A stretch of DNA of 64,000 nucleotides from an uncultured Gammaproteobacteria bacterium (GCA_963843295.1 CAWJJP010000005.1:230159-294158), one strand, 5' to 3'. Positions 48,465 to 58,248 are shown, counted from the stretch's first letter. Program-made: numbers and translations. The notes: generated by a model not told the origin, from the letters alone.

Positions 48465-49037
48465 ATGGCAGTTTCAATTCATCCGTCGGTCGACAACGGC
48501 ATCAAGCAGGGGGCGAAAGACTTCGCTGGCGGGACCTTGGTGTGCAAGTGCACCGACAGGCCGGTCAAAGTCTCGGTCAAGGCCCAGTCGATGCACAACC
48601 ACGCCTGCGGCTGCACGAAGTGCTGGAAACCGAAGGGCGCCCTGTTTTCAGTCGTTGCGGTGGTGCCGAAAGACAAGGTCAGCGTAGTCCAAAATGGCGA
48701 TAAGCTCGCCGTCGTCGATCCGTCGGCGACCATTCAGCGTCATGCGTGCAAAGCCTGCGGCGTGCATATGTTCGGCCGGATCGAAAACACCAAGCATGCA
48801 TTTTACGGGCTCGATTTCATCCATACGGAACTCTCCCCGGAGCAGGGTTGGTCGGCGCCCGGATTTGCGGCGTTCGTCTCTTCCATCATCGAGTCGGGGG
48901 CGGATCCGAAGAACATGGGTGCGGTGCGCAGCCGACTCAAGGAACTCGGCCTCGAACCCTACGACTGCCTGAGCCCGCCGCTGATGGACGCTCTGGCGAC
49001 CCACGCGGCGAAGCAATCGGGCGTGCTGAAGGCCTGA
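48465..49037 (+). CDS. gfa: Glutathione-dependent formaldehyde-activating enzyme (S-(hydroxymethyl)glutathione synthase)
   Basis: 'HPSVDNGIK....[10 protein letters not shown]...VKV......[13 protein letters not shown]' and '[15 protein letters not shown]' are Gfa zinc-cysteine motifs. 190 aa. Confidence 0.92.
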   Translation: MAVSIHPSVDNGIKQGAKDFAGGTLVCKCTDRPVKVSVKAQSMHNHACGCTKCWKPKGALFSVVAVVPKDKVSVVQNGDKLAVVDPSATIQRHACKACGVHMFGRIENTKHAFYGLDFIHTELSPEQGWSAPGFAAFVSSIIESGADPKNMGAVRSRLKELGLEPYDCLSPPLMDALATHAAKQSGVLKA

Positions 49038-49053
49038 GAGGCCGCATGAGACA

Positions 49054-49086
49054 AGGTCTCCGGCCGGCGGAGACCTATGTTTCGTT
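49054..49086. terminator. Stem-loop terminator between gfa (+) and the sigma-54 activator gene (-)
   Basis: AGGTCTCCG-gccgg-CGGAGACCT (9-bp stem) followed by ATGTTTCGTT. Confidence 0.6.
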
Positions 49087-49131
49087 CAGGACGTTACACG
49101 CTCTGTTCGCGTCCGGCGCGCGAGCAGACGA

Positions 49132-51129
49132 TCAGTGCTCGAGAACGATGTGGTGTTTGTGTATCTTGCGATATAGCGTGTTGCGGCTGATGCCGAGCGC
49201 TTGAGCCGTGCGGCTGATGTTCCAGCGCATTCTTTCGAGCTCGCGCAGCAGCGCCGCGCATTCAGCCTCGCGCAGAGCCGCTGACGGCAGGTTGACTCCG
49301 GTCGCGGTCGCTGCCGCCGCATCCGGTGCCGCAGTGGCGGGGCGAGCCACCGGTGCCGCGCGCGGATCCGAGTCGACGACTTCCTGGGGCAGATTCGACA
49401 AGCGGATGATTCCGTCCCGACATAGCGCCGAGGCGGTGCGCAACGCATTGCGCAGCTGGCGGATGTTGCCGGGCCATGAATAGTCCAAAAGCTTGCGGAA
49501 TGCGTCGTCCGCGATCTGAACGCCCTCCTGGCCGCCGGATTCCTCCCGCAGCAAGGTCCTGATCAACTCGGCCTTGTCCTCGCGGTCCCGTAGCAGTGGC
49601 AGTTGCAGCGCGATTCCGTTCAAGCGGTAGTACAAATCCTCGCGAAATTCGCCGTTCTGGATCATCTGATGAATGTCGCGGTGCGTGGCGCTGATCACGT
49701 GCAAATTCACCGGGGTGGCCTGGTCGCTACCGAGGGGCACCACTTCCCTCTCTTCGATGACGCGCAGCAGCCGTGTCTGCAGCATCAGGGGCATATCACC
49801 GATTTCGTCGAGAAACAAAGTCCCGCCATTCGATTGCAGGATCTTGCCGACCCTGCCCTCCTTCACCGCACCGGTGAATGCGCCCCGGGTGTAGCCGAAC
49901 AACTCGCTCTCGATCAGACTCTCCGGAATCGCGGCACAATTGACCGTGACGAAAGGTTTGTCGTACCACAAACCGCCGCGATGCAGCGCCTTGGCGAACG
50001 CCTCCTTGCCGGTGCCGGTTGCTCCCAGCAGCAGAATCGGTACCTGCTTTGCAAACAGCTGCCGGCCCGCGGCCAGATTCTTTCGCATCTGCGTGTCCTC
50101 GACCACGTGATGCTGCCCGCGCTCGTGCTGGACGGCCTGCGCGGCGCTGCGCGGCTCGCTCGAGGTGAGAGCCGGGACATGTGTGAGTGAGCGTAGCGGG
50201 GCGCGCACGACGGCGAAGAAGCGCCTTCCATGAGCAAGATCTCTGACGGGCCAGATGGCGCTTGGTTCGAACTTGGAGCGATGATCGAGCGTGCCAAAAT
50301 CGAACTGAAAGAAGCGCTCGATCGACTGCCCGATCAGCGCCTTGCGGGTCGAACACCCCAGTTGCATGAGCGCGCTTTCGTTGACTGCGAGGATGCTGCC
50401 GCAGCCGTCCACGGCAATCAGAGCCTCGTGCAGCAAACCGACGAATTCGGGGCGGCTGTGAAATCGTAATATCCACGACTGGCTGAACTCGTTGAGAAAG
50501 TTCCAACGCGAGATCAGGTGCGTCGACATGTTGACGAGGGCCATGGTGTGGCGCTGAATGAGCCGGCTGTCGCTGGAGTTGGCCGTGGATGCATCGAGCA
50601 CCGCGAGGATCGCACCATGGGGGTCGAGAATCGGCGCAGCGGAGCAGGACAGGGAAACGTTGTAGCCGCGGAAGTGCTCTTGCCGGTGCACCGTCACCGA
50701 ATTGCCTTCGGCGAGGCAGGTCCCGATGCCGTTGGTCCCTTCGTGGCGTTCGTCCCACATCGCGCCGAGCGATAAACCAGCCTGGCGGAACTCGCGCTGC
50801 AGGGCCGGATCACTGATGGTGCTCAGTACCGCCCCCTGGGTGTCGGACAGGATCACCGCAAAACCCGATCCCGCAATCTGTTCGTAGAGGCTTTCCATTT
50901 CCGCACGCGCAATGGGCAGCAACTCGCCCATGCGCTGCTGGGACTCCTTGAGAGAGCCCGGATTTAGCACGGCAATCTGCCGCGGCGCCGACGGCTCGAT
51001 GCCGTATTCACGCAAGCATCGATGCCAGGACCGGGTGACGTGCGGCTCTATACCCGCAGGCTGGAACCCCCCTTGCACGACATGAAGAATGCGTGACGCG
51101 TGACTCGTCGCAAGATTATCGTTCGGCAT
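49132..51129 (-). CDS. Sigma-54-dependent transcriptional activator, AcoR-like (GAF sensor, AAA+, Fis HTH)
   Basis: Walker A 'LLLGATGTGKE', sigma-54 contact loop 'GYTRGAFTGA', Walker B 'TLFLDEIGDM', and C-terminal HTH 'WNISRTAQALGISRNTLYRKI'. ATG 51129 after GGGGGAGAGG. Confidence 0.88.
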   Translation of the reverse strand: MPNDNLATSHASRILHVVQGGFQPAGIEPHVTRSWHRCLREYGIEPSAPRQIAVLNPGSLKESQQRMGELLPIARAEMESLYEQIAGSGFAVILSDTQGAVLSTISDPALQREFRQAGLSLGAMWDERHEGTNGIGTCLAEGNSVTVHRQEHFRGYNVSLSCSAAPILDPHGAILAVLDASTANSSDSRLIQRHTMALVNMSTHLISRWNFLNEFSQSWILRFHSRPEFVGLLHEALIAVDGCGSILAVNESALMQLGCSTRKALIGQSIERFFQFDFGTLDHRSKFEPSAIWPVRDLAHGRRFFAVVRAPLRSLTHVPALTSSEPRSAAQAVQHERGQHHVVEDTQMRKNLAAGRQLFAKQVPILLLGATGTGKEAFAKALHRGGLWYDKPFVTVNCAAIPESLIESELFGYTRGAFTGAVKEGRVGKILQSNGGTLFLDEIGDMPLMLQTRLLRVIEEREVVPLGSDQATPVNLHVISATHRDIHQMIQNGEFREDLYYRLNGIALQLPLLRDREDKAELIRTLLREESGGQEGVQIADDAFRKLLDYSWPGNIRQLRNALRTASALCRDGIIRLSNLPQEVVDSDPRAAPVARPATAAPDAAAATATGVNLPSAALREAECAALLRELERMRWNISRTAQALGISRNTLYRKIHKHHIVLEH

Positions 51130-51222
51130 GCCTCTCCCCCTCAGCCAGCCGACCCAAATCGTGGTCCATTTACAATAATCGCGCAACTGAAATCGCGCTG
51201 CCTGTATCAAAAATGAGACAGT

Positions 51223-51766
51223 CTAGGAGCTGGGCTCCGGTGGGGGCTTCGGCGCACCGAATTTATAGGCGGGATCGCCGTTGTATTTCGATCGGACGAA
51301 GACGAGGATCTTCCAGAGATCATCGGAATTCTTGATGATCGCGCCGAACGGCGGCATTGGGCCGACGACATTCTCACGACCGATGCGCGTGTAGCCTTGT
51401 TTCTGCAAGTCCTCGCTGCCGAGGGTCACCAAGCGGAACAAGGTGTCATCGTCGCCGCCGTATACCCACGTGTCGTTGGTGAGCGGCGGACACATGCCGC
51501 CGCCGCCGCCGCCGCCGTGGCAGCCGCTGCAGGAATAACTGAGCAACAGCTTGCCCCCTTCCGCAACGATATCCGCCTGGGTGTCCTTGTAGGGATTGGC
51601 CAGCTGTCCTTTCGGCGTGCTCTTGACCAGATCCGTGGGCGAAATTTTCGTGTAATCGACGCTTCGCCGGCCTCTCCTCCCGCCCACACGCTGCCGAAAA
51701 TTCCAAGCGCCGTCAGGAACGCGACCGCAACGCCATGACAACTGCGGGTAACACTCGTCTCAGCAC
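51223..51766 (-). pseudogene. xoxG: XoxG/MxaG-like cytochrome c(L), disrupted by two frameshifts in the signal-peptide region
   Basis: A GTG at 51766 follows GGAAGGAGG. The N-terminus reads 'VLRRVLPAVVMA', then shifts frame to 'AVAFLTALGIFGSVWAGGEAGEA', then shifts again to 'VDYTKISPTDLV..SYSCSGCHGGGGGGGMCPPL..'. Haem motif is CSGCH. Shifts lie near 51728 and 51662. Confidence 0.7.
51496..51516 (-). repeat. (GCC)7 trinucleotide run encoding Gly7 next to the haem motif
   Basis: Read directly. It encodes HGGGGGGGM and stays in frame, so it is not one of the frameshift sites. Confidence 0.9.
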
Positions 51767-51786
51767 AGTTCCTCCTTCCCTCAGCC

Positions 51787-52519
51787 TTAAGTCGACTTCG
51801 TTGCGCCATTGCGCCGCGCTTGTCGAAGCAGCTCGACGATGGCATCGTTATTGTTCGACTGCGCGATGCTGAGCGCGGTGCGGCCGTCCTCGCTGCGCGC
51901 ACGGACGTCGGCTCCGGACTTCAGCAGCAGACGCGACAAGGTTCGCATGATTGTCGGCGGCGGCGATCATCAGTGCGGTGACGCCGCCCGGGTTGGCGGC
52001 GTTGACCTTCGCGCCGTGATCGATGAGCGCTGTCGCGAGCTCGCTCGAGCCCGAAATCGCGGCGAGCATCAGCGGCGTATAGCCGCCCTCGGCGACCGGT
52101 GCATTGACGTCGGCGCCGGCGTCCACCAACGCCTCCGCCGCCTTGATCTTGCCGTTTTGCGCGGCGATCGCGAGCGGCGTCAAGACCTCTTGTCCTCCGC
52201 ATCGAGTCTCGCACCATGACGAGAGCATCGTGACAACGTCGGGTTGTCGTCCCACGCGGCATACATGAGCGGCGTCCAGTGGCTGCGGTCCGGCTGATTC
52301 GCATCGGCCTTGTGCTCGATCAGATACTCGCTACGCCAACGAAGCCGAAGCGTGTGGCGTTGATCGAGCGGCGTATAGCCTTCGCCATCCGGCGTGTCGG
52401 CGTGCGCTCCATGCGTCATCAGGTAGCGCACCCGGTCGATGTCGTTGGCGACGATGGCATTGTTCAACTCATCGTCGGGATTCGCTCCCGGCGGCCAGCC
52501 ATTTCTTGAGATCGGCCAT
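51787..52519 (-). pseudogene. Ankyrin-repeat protein gene with multiple frameshifts
   Basis: Ankyrin consensus (G.TPL..A...G...vv..Ll..GAdvn) is recovered only by hopping frames: 'MADLKKWLAAG', 'ANPDDELNNAIVANDIDRVRYLMTHGAHADTPDGEGYTPL', 'INATRFGFVGVA', 'EYLIEHKADANQPD..WTPLMYAAWDDNP', 'DVVTML', 'HGARLDAEDKR', 'LTPLAIAAQNGK..ADNHANLV', 'LLLKSGADVRARSEDGRTALSIA'. Confidence 0.6.
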
Positions 52520-52543
52520 TCGCGCCTGCGTGCATTTTGGCGA

Positions 52544-53433
52544 TTACCGCGGCGGTGTCCACGCGGGCTGGCCGGCTCGTAAGGACCGTGAGAAGGCAGG
52601 TCGCCGGAAATCGCGCACTCGTCGCACTTGACCAGAGGGACGCCGAAGTCGAGCAGAATCTGCCTTATTTCGGCCTTGTGCTCCGCGACAGCCTGCTTCG
52701 ATCGCCGCTTTGATGTCGGGCCGTGCCTCGCGGCACGGCGAGGGCCATGTCGAATTCCATCGGCACGTCATCTTCCATCAGGTTGACTGGCTGGATGATC
52801 AGCGGCGCATGCGCAGCTCTTGTAGTATCCGGCCATCGGACCCCAGGCCGCGGCGACGTCGAGGCTTCCGTCGATGACTTGCTGCACCTGGTAGGAGGGT
52901 TGGTTTTCCGGCACGAGGTCGCCATTATGGCTGAGATAGTGAATCACGGTATTGTAGACCATACGGTGCTCCGACAGAGCCTCACGAATGGCGGACACCT
53001 GGAACACACCCACGCGCAGTTTCTTCAACGCCGGATCGTCCAGGGTCTTGATGTCGATGCCCTTGTCGTTGCGATAGGCCAGGACGAAGGTGGAGCGGTA
53101 CAGCGGAGTCAGGACCACGGCGCCTTCGGTGTCCGCCGCCATATCCATCCATAGATCGCAATTGCCCTCGCTCAAGGTGGTGCGCATGAGCCCGCGCTCG
53201 ATCGAGGGCCGCCAGTAATACTGCACGCCCGTACCAAGCGCGGTGCCGATGACTTGCGCAATCTTGTTCTCGAAGCCCTCGCCTTTCTGGTTCGACAGCG
53301 GCATGTTGCCAGGATCGGCACACACGGTCAGGGACTTCAACTCGGCGCCGAACGCGCTCCCGCTCGAGCCGGCGGCCAGCAGAAACGCGGCTGCGCCTGT
53401 GCTGCACATGAAGCTTACCGACTTGAGATTCAT
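52544..53433 (-). pseudogene. xoxJ: XoxJ/MxaJ-like periplasmic solute-binding protein (quinoprotein-dehydrogenase associated), frameshifted in its last third
   Basis: ATG 53433 after GAGGAGAA. 201 aa are intact ('LTVCADPGNMPLSNQKGEGFENKIAQ..YYWRP..CDLWMD..PLYRSTFVLAYR'). The sequence then continues only by frame changes near 52820, 52730 and 52697 ('APLIIQPVNLMEDDVPMEFDMALAV', 'RPDIKAAIEA', 'AVAEHKAEIRQILLDFGVPLVKCDEC'). The 3' end is uncertain. Confidence 0.65.
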
Positions 53434-53615
53434 TGCTGTTCTCCTCGAGGCGTGCACACCGCGGACTTCATTACGGCGGCGGGTCAGTAATTCGACCACG
53501 GGTTTTCCAAGGTTCAGTTCACGGCCCGCCTTCACCGCAGGACGGCATCCACAAGAAAAAGCCCGGTGCCTCGCGGCACCGGGCCATTCCTTCCTGCAAA
53601 TTCCCGTTACTTGCG

Positions 53616-55505
53616 TCAGTCGCCGACCCGGAAGGTGTACAGCGTACCGCCCTGCGGGATGTGGTTGAGACCGGCAGCTTTGGTCATCGCCGTTGCGCCG
53701 ATGGCACCATACTTGTCGCTGAGATCGAGGCCCGCCGTCACCGGCAGACCGATCCAACCGCCGATTCCGGACCATACCGACACGTACTGCTTGCCTTTCA
53801 CCGAATACGTGATCGGGTTGCCGATGATGCCCGAGCCCAGCTTGCGCGACCACAGCACCTTGCCGGTCGAACGGTCGACCGCTCGGAAATCGCCGCCCAA
53901 GCTGCCGTAGAACGCCAGACCGCCGCCGGTCACAAGCGCACCGCCCCAGTTCGGATACTGATCGGGAATCTCCCACTCGGTCTTGCCGGTCAGACACATT
54001 GAACTTCTTGAACTTGCCGGTCACGCCCGGCTTTTCCGGATACATGTACACGTTGGCAAACACGTACACCGTTCCCTGCTGGGTATGCGAGCGCGACTGC
54101 GGCTCGTCTTCCATGCACCAGTTGTTGGTCGGTACATAGAAGTTGGTCGGATCGCTCGGATCCACCGCCACCGGCTGCTGGTCCTTGCCGCCCATGGCGG
54201 ACGGGCAAGCCTGCGTGTTGTCGCCCACCTTGAGCGGCGAATGCTCGGGCACCTTGACCGGCTTGCCGGTCTTCATATCGACCTTCTCGGCCCAGTTCAC
54301 CGTGACGTACTTGTTCGCACGCAGCAGCGTGCCATCCGTTCGGTCGAGTACATAGGCAAAGCCGTTGCGGTCAAAATGCACCAGGCACTTGCGCGTCTTG
54401 CCGTCGACGTCCATGTCGACCAGCACCACCTCGTTGATGCCGTCATAGTCCCACTGGTCGAACGGCGTCATCTGGTAGGCCCATGACGCCTCGCCGGTGT
54501 TCGACGTTGCGGGCAAAAATGGTCATCGACCATTTGTTGTCGGACTTGCCGCTGTTGCAATTCTCCTGAGTGACCGGCGGGCTGCAGCGATATGAGGGCG
54601 ACCACAGGCCCGGATTGCCGGTGCCGTAGTACACCATGTGCAGCTCAGGATCGTAGGCATACCAACCCCACGCCGCGCCGCCGCCGCGCTTCCATTCATC
54701 CCCCGGATAGCTGCTGATGCCGACATCTTTGCCGGCGGTGCCGTACTCCGGATGCTTCTTGTTGGTGTCCTTGCGTCAGGCACACGTCCTTGTCGCTGCC
54801 GGTGGAGTAGCAGTCCCAGGCCATTCTTGCCGTCGGCGAGGTCGTAGGCCGCACATCGCTCCGCGTGCGGCGAACTCATCGCCACCAAAACCGATGATCA
54901 CCTTGTCGTTGGCGATAATCGGTGCCGGGGTGATCGTCTCGCCGTGCTCGGGATAGGCGTGACTTCACCGTCCAGTCTACTTTGCCCGTCGCCGCATCGA
55001 GTGCAATCACGTAACCATCCAGCGTGCCGAACACCAGCTTCCCATCGGCATACGACAGTCCGCGATTGACGGTGTCGCAGCAGGCGCGAGGAACCGCCGA
55101 TTCATCACGACCGCCGGTTTTGACGTAGCTCCAAACCTGCACCGGATGATCCGGATCGCTCAAATCCATCGCCTGCACGATGTTCGGCCAGCCGCTTTCC
55201 ATGAACATCATCGGCTTGCCGCCGACGTCCTCGATGACCAACGGCTGCCCCTCGTGGCCACGCATTGTGCCGCTCGACTGAGACCACACCATCTGCAGAC
55301 TCTTTACGTTGCCGGTGTTGATCTCTTTAAGGGCGCTATAGCGATTGAGGTTCAGATTGCCTGCCGGAGCGCCCCACTGATTTGGGTCTTTGAAGCGCTG
55401 AAATTGTTCGGAATCAGTTGCAGCCAATACGGTGCCGCAGGTCATGCCCAGCGCTGCTACAACGTAGAACATTTTGACCTGACGTTTTGCGGTAAGCCAT
55501 TTCAT
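53616..55505 (-). pseudogene. xoxF: XoxF-type (lanthanide-type) PQQ methanol/ethanol dehydrogenase split into seven frame segments
   Basis: ATG 55505 after AGGAGGAG, with a signal peptide. Hallmarks: 'ACCDTVNRGLSY' (vicinal Cys), 'MVYYGTGNPGLWSP', 'DQWDYDGINE' (D-Y-D), 'GGWIGLP'. Pieces lie in track ORFs 54876..55739, 54523..54888, 54443..54637, 52768..54516 and 53616..53999, plus two unlisted frames. Confidence 0.85.
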
Positions 55506-55734
55506 CTCGATTCTCCTCCTGCTTGGGGTCTGCCTATCACCGTCACTGATGTGAAGCGGCGTGCACACAGTTCTGGCCTGAGTGCCGTGCTGAAATTGTG
55601 ACCATGGATCGTGTTCACTGAGAAAACTCCCTCCTCTAGCTTTTAGTTCTCTGGTCAAACCCATCGGCACCAGTCTGATCCCAATGAGCTGGTATGTCAG
55701 CGTTGTGCAACTGACAGGACCGCGATGATTGAAT

Positions 55735-55750
55735 AGCAATGGCTATGCCA
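55735..55750 (-). promoter_or_regulatory. Sigma-54 (-24/-12) promoter upstream of xoxF
   Basis: The minus strand reads TGGCATAGCCATTGCT, with GG-N10-GC spacing exact and a TTGC -12 box. It lies about 230 nt upstream of the xoxF ATG. Confidence 0.6.
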
Positions 55751-55951
55751 TCGCGCACTACTTCGAAGAAAATACTGCTTGGTCCGGAAATTGTTTTAAA
55801 TCATGTATTTATACTGCCCACGCAGTGCGGGCCAGGAGCCGGCATGGGGGACTGTGCCAAAGTTGTGACAGTGGAGCAGTCGCGATTGCGCCGTTCGTGA
55901 GGCGACGCACCAAATTTGAAGGCGCTGCGCGAGCGACGCGCCATGCCGGCG

Positions 55952-56932
55952 CTACGGGATGCTGACGCCCCAGGGCAGTTCGCCGACCGCGATCGTCTTG
56001 GTGACCTGCAGCGTCATCGTATCGATCACGCTCACGTTGTTGGAGCGGCCGTTGGCAACGTACAGCTTTCGCCCGTCGCGCGTGAGCGCCAAGTTCCAAG
56101 GTCGCTTTCCCACCACAATGGTCGCGACGACCTTACGGCTGGCGACATCGATCACGGAAACGTTGCCGTCCCCGCCGTTGCTCACGAACACCTGTTTGCC
56201 GTCGGGCGCCGTGACTGCGCCGGCCGGACGCAGCCCGGTGACGATCGACTGAACCACCTTTCGGGCGGTCACATCAATGACGTCGACACCCCCCGCGGTC
56301 TCTTGGGCCACGAAGGCAATCTGCTCGTGCGGCAGCCACGCAATCCCGCGCGGGTGGCCGGATGTGTGCACCGTGCCGATCGAACGCGCCGCTTTCAGGT
56401 CGATGATGTCGACGTCGTCGGAAAGCTCGTTGCTCGTCATCAGGGAGCGTCCGTCCGGACTGAAGGCGCAGTGTTCGGGATTCTTGCCCTGAGTTGGAAT
56501 TTTTTTGACGATGCGAAATTGATCGACGTCGACCAGAGTCACGACATTGTCGTTTTCGACGCAAACGGCGATCGTCTTCCCGGACGGCGACAGTGAGGCG
56601 CCCTCGGGAGCCTGGCCGACATCGAGACTTCGCATGATCCGGCCCGTCGCCACGTCGACGGCAACGAGCGCGTTCGCGTCCGCATCGACGGCGAACGCGG
56701 TTTTCTCGGCCTGGTCCGTGATCACCGCTTGAACTTTTCCGCCGATCTTGCCGTGGTCCGGCAGCGTGCGCGTCAGTTCATCGCGCTCCGTGTCGATGAC
56801 CGACACGGTGCCGCTCGCCTGGTTGCCGACGTACGCGGATGCCTGAGCGGAACCGGGTGCCGACATCGCACCGATGGCGGCAAGCCATGCGCAAGCCACC
56901 GACTGCAATGCGTTCGCGAACTTTCCGTTCAT
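55952..56932 (-). CDS. YVTN-family beta-propeller repeat protein (type found beside PQQ-dehydrogenase genes)
   Basis: ATG 56932 and a signal peptide 'ALQSVACAWLAAIGAMSAPGSAQA'. Repeated 'V.VID....v...i.vG..P.g.a.spDG' blades. Only the 3' third of track ORF 55952..58420 is real. Confidence 0.8.
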   Translation of the reverse strand: MNGKFANALQSVACAWLAAIGAMSAPGSAQASAYVGNQASGTVSVIDTERDELTRTLPDHGKIGGKVQAVITDQAEKTAFAVDADANALVAVDVATGRIMRSLDVGQAPEGASLSPSGKTIAVCVENDNVVTLVDVDQFRIVKKIPTQGKNPEHCAFSPDGRSLMTSNELSDDVDIIDLKAARSIGTVHTSGHPRGIAWLPHEQIAFVAQETAGGVDVIDVTARKVVQSIVTGLRPAGAVTAPDGKQVFVSNGGDGNVSVIDVASRKVVATIVVGKRPWNLALTRDGRKLYVANGRSNNVSVIDTMTLQVTKTIAVGELPWGVSIP

Positions 56933-56945
56933 GCAATGTGCCTTA

Positions 56946-56981
56946 TCGTTGAGGACTGTCGCGTCGTTGAAGACTGTCGCG
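56946..56981 (-). repeat. Two tandem 18-nt direct repeats immediately upstream of the YVTN gene start
   Basis: tcgttgaGgactgtcgcg (56946-56963) and tcgttgaAgactgtcgcg (56964-56981), 17 of 18 identical. They begin 14 nt upstream of the ATG at 56932. Confidence 0.85.
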
Positions 56982-57021
56982 TCGGTGCGCACCGTATGCT
57001 GCAACGTCGGCGGCCGGCGAG

Positions 57022-58248
57022 TCAATACGAGCCCGCTCGAGCGCGTGCTTGCGCGCTGCTCATGGCGATGCCGTGCCGTTCGGGGCCGAGACCGACCATC
57101 ACGGAAATCACCACGGCGACCGCGCCGACGACGATCGCCATCGCCAGGCCGTAGTCGTTGCCGTGCGCCTCTGCGATCGCGACCTGCAGATTTAAATTGA
57201 CCGCGGCAAGCAGATTCCCCAGTTGGTAGACGAAGCCGGGAAATGTTGCACGAATCTCCGGCGGCGAGAGCTCGTTCAGATGCGCGGGAATCACGCCCCA
57301 GGCGCCCTGCACGGAGAGCTGCATCAAAAATGCGCCGCTGGCGAGTATCAGCGGGGTCGAGCCGAACGCCCAGAACGGCAGCGCCGGCAGTGCCAAGAGG
57401 GCTGCGATGATGATGGCGCGGCGACGGCCGACCTTCTCGGACATGGATCCGAAGAGCAGTCCACCGCAGATCGCCCCGATATTCGCCACCGCCGTCACGA
57501 GCGACCCCAGGCGGGTATCGAAGTGATGCTGCACTTTGAGAAACAAGCCGGGATATGCGTCTTGCGAGCCGTGACTGAAGAAGTTGAATGCCGTCATCAG
57601 TAGAACGGCATACGACGCCAGCTTCCACTCGCGCTTCAGCACGGCAAAGATACCCGCACGCGGAGCGCGTCGTTGCTCCTGCCATGCGGGGGACTCTTCG
57701 ACTCTGCCGCGAATGAAGAAGACCAGCACGGCCGGGATGACGCCGAGCACGAACATATAGCGCCATCCGACCCGGTCGTAGAGCAGGTAGACCGCGAGGG
57801 AGGCGAGGAAATAACCCGACGGGTAGCCGACCTGCAGCAGGCCCGACACGAAGCCGCGCGCCGAAGCGGGAATCGTCTCCATCGTCAGCGCGGAACCGAC
57901 GCCCCACTCTCCGCCCATCGCGATTCCAAACAGGGCACGCACGATCAGCAGTATCGACATGTTCGGCGCAAAACCCGAGGCCATCTCCAGTACCGAATAA
58001 GCCAGGATGTTCCACATCAGCGTCGGCTTGCGGCCGAAGCGGTCCGCGAGCCGGCCGAAGAGAAAGGCGCCGACCGGCCGCATACCGAGCGTGAGCAGTA
58101 CGGCCGTCGAGACGAGTTGCATGCTCGCATGCAGCTCCCTCGAGATATCCTTGAACATGAACACCATCAGGAAAAAATCGAATGCATCGAGGGTCCAGCC
58201 CAGGTAAGCGGCCACCACCACGTTGCGCTGGCTTTTTGTCCACGCCAT
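57022..58248 (-). CDS. MFS transporter (sialate/lactate:H+ symporter-like subfamily)
   Basis: 12 TM. 'AAYLGWTLDAFDFFLMVF', 'GRLADRFGRKPTLM', 'ALFGIAMGGEWG'. ATG at 58248 (the track ORF starts one codon earlier at TTG), with GAGGAG 6 nt upstream. Confidence 0.88.
   Translation of the reverse strand: MAWTKSQRNVVVAAYLGWTLDAFDFFLMVFMFKDISRELHASMQLVSTAVLLTLGMRPVGAFLFGRLADRFGRKPTLMWNILAYSVLEMASGFAPNMSILLIVRALFGIAMGGEWGVGSALTMETIPASARGFVSGLLQVGYPSGYFLASLAVYLLYDRVGWRYMFVLGVIPAVLVFFIRGRVEESPAWQEQRRAPRAGIFAVLKREWKLASYAVLLMTAFNFFSHGSQDAYPGLFLKVQHHFDTRLGSLVTAVANIGAICGGLLFGSMSEKVGRRRAIIIAALLALPALPFWAFGSTPLILASGAFLMQLSVQGAWGVIPAHLNELSPPEIRATFPGFVYQLGNLLAAVNLNLQVAIAEAHGNDYGLAMAIVVGAVAVVISVMVGLGPERHGIAMSSAQARARAGSY

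Noticed and set aside
51496-51516. (GCC)7 microsatellite as the cause of the xoxG disruption
   Set aside because: The run is in frame and encodes the Gly stretch next to the CSGCH haem motif. The actual frame changes are about 150-230 nt further 5', in the signal-peptide region.
52768-54516. 582-aa ORF as a single gene
   Set aside because: It is chimeric. The first ~170 aa are the middle of XoxF, the next ~190 aa are out-of-frame read-through of the xoxF 3' end and the intergenic spacer, and the last ~220 aa are XoxJ. It was split into the two pseudogenes.
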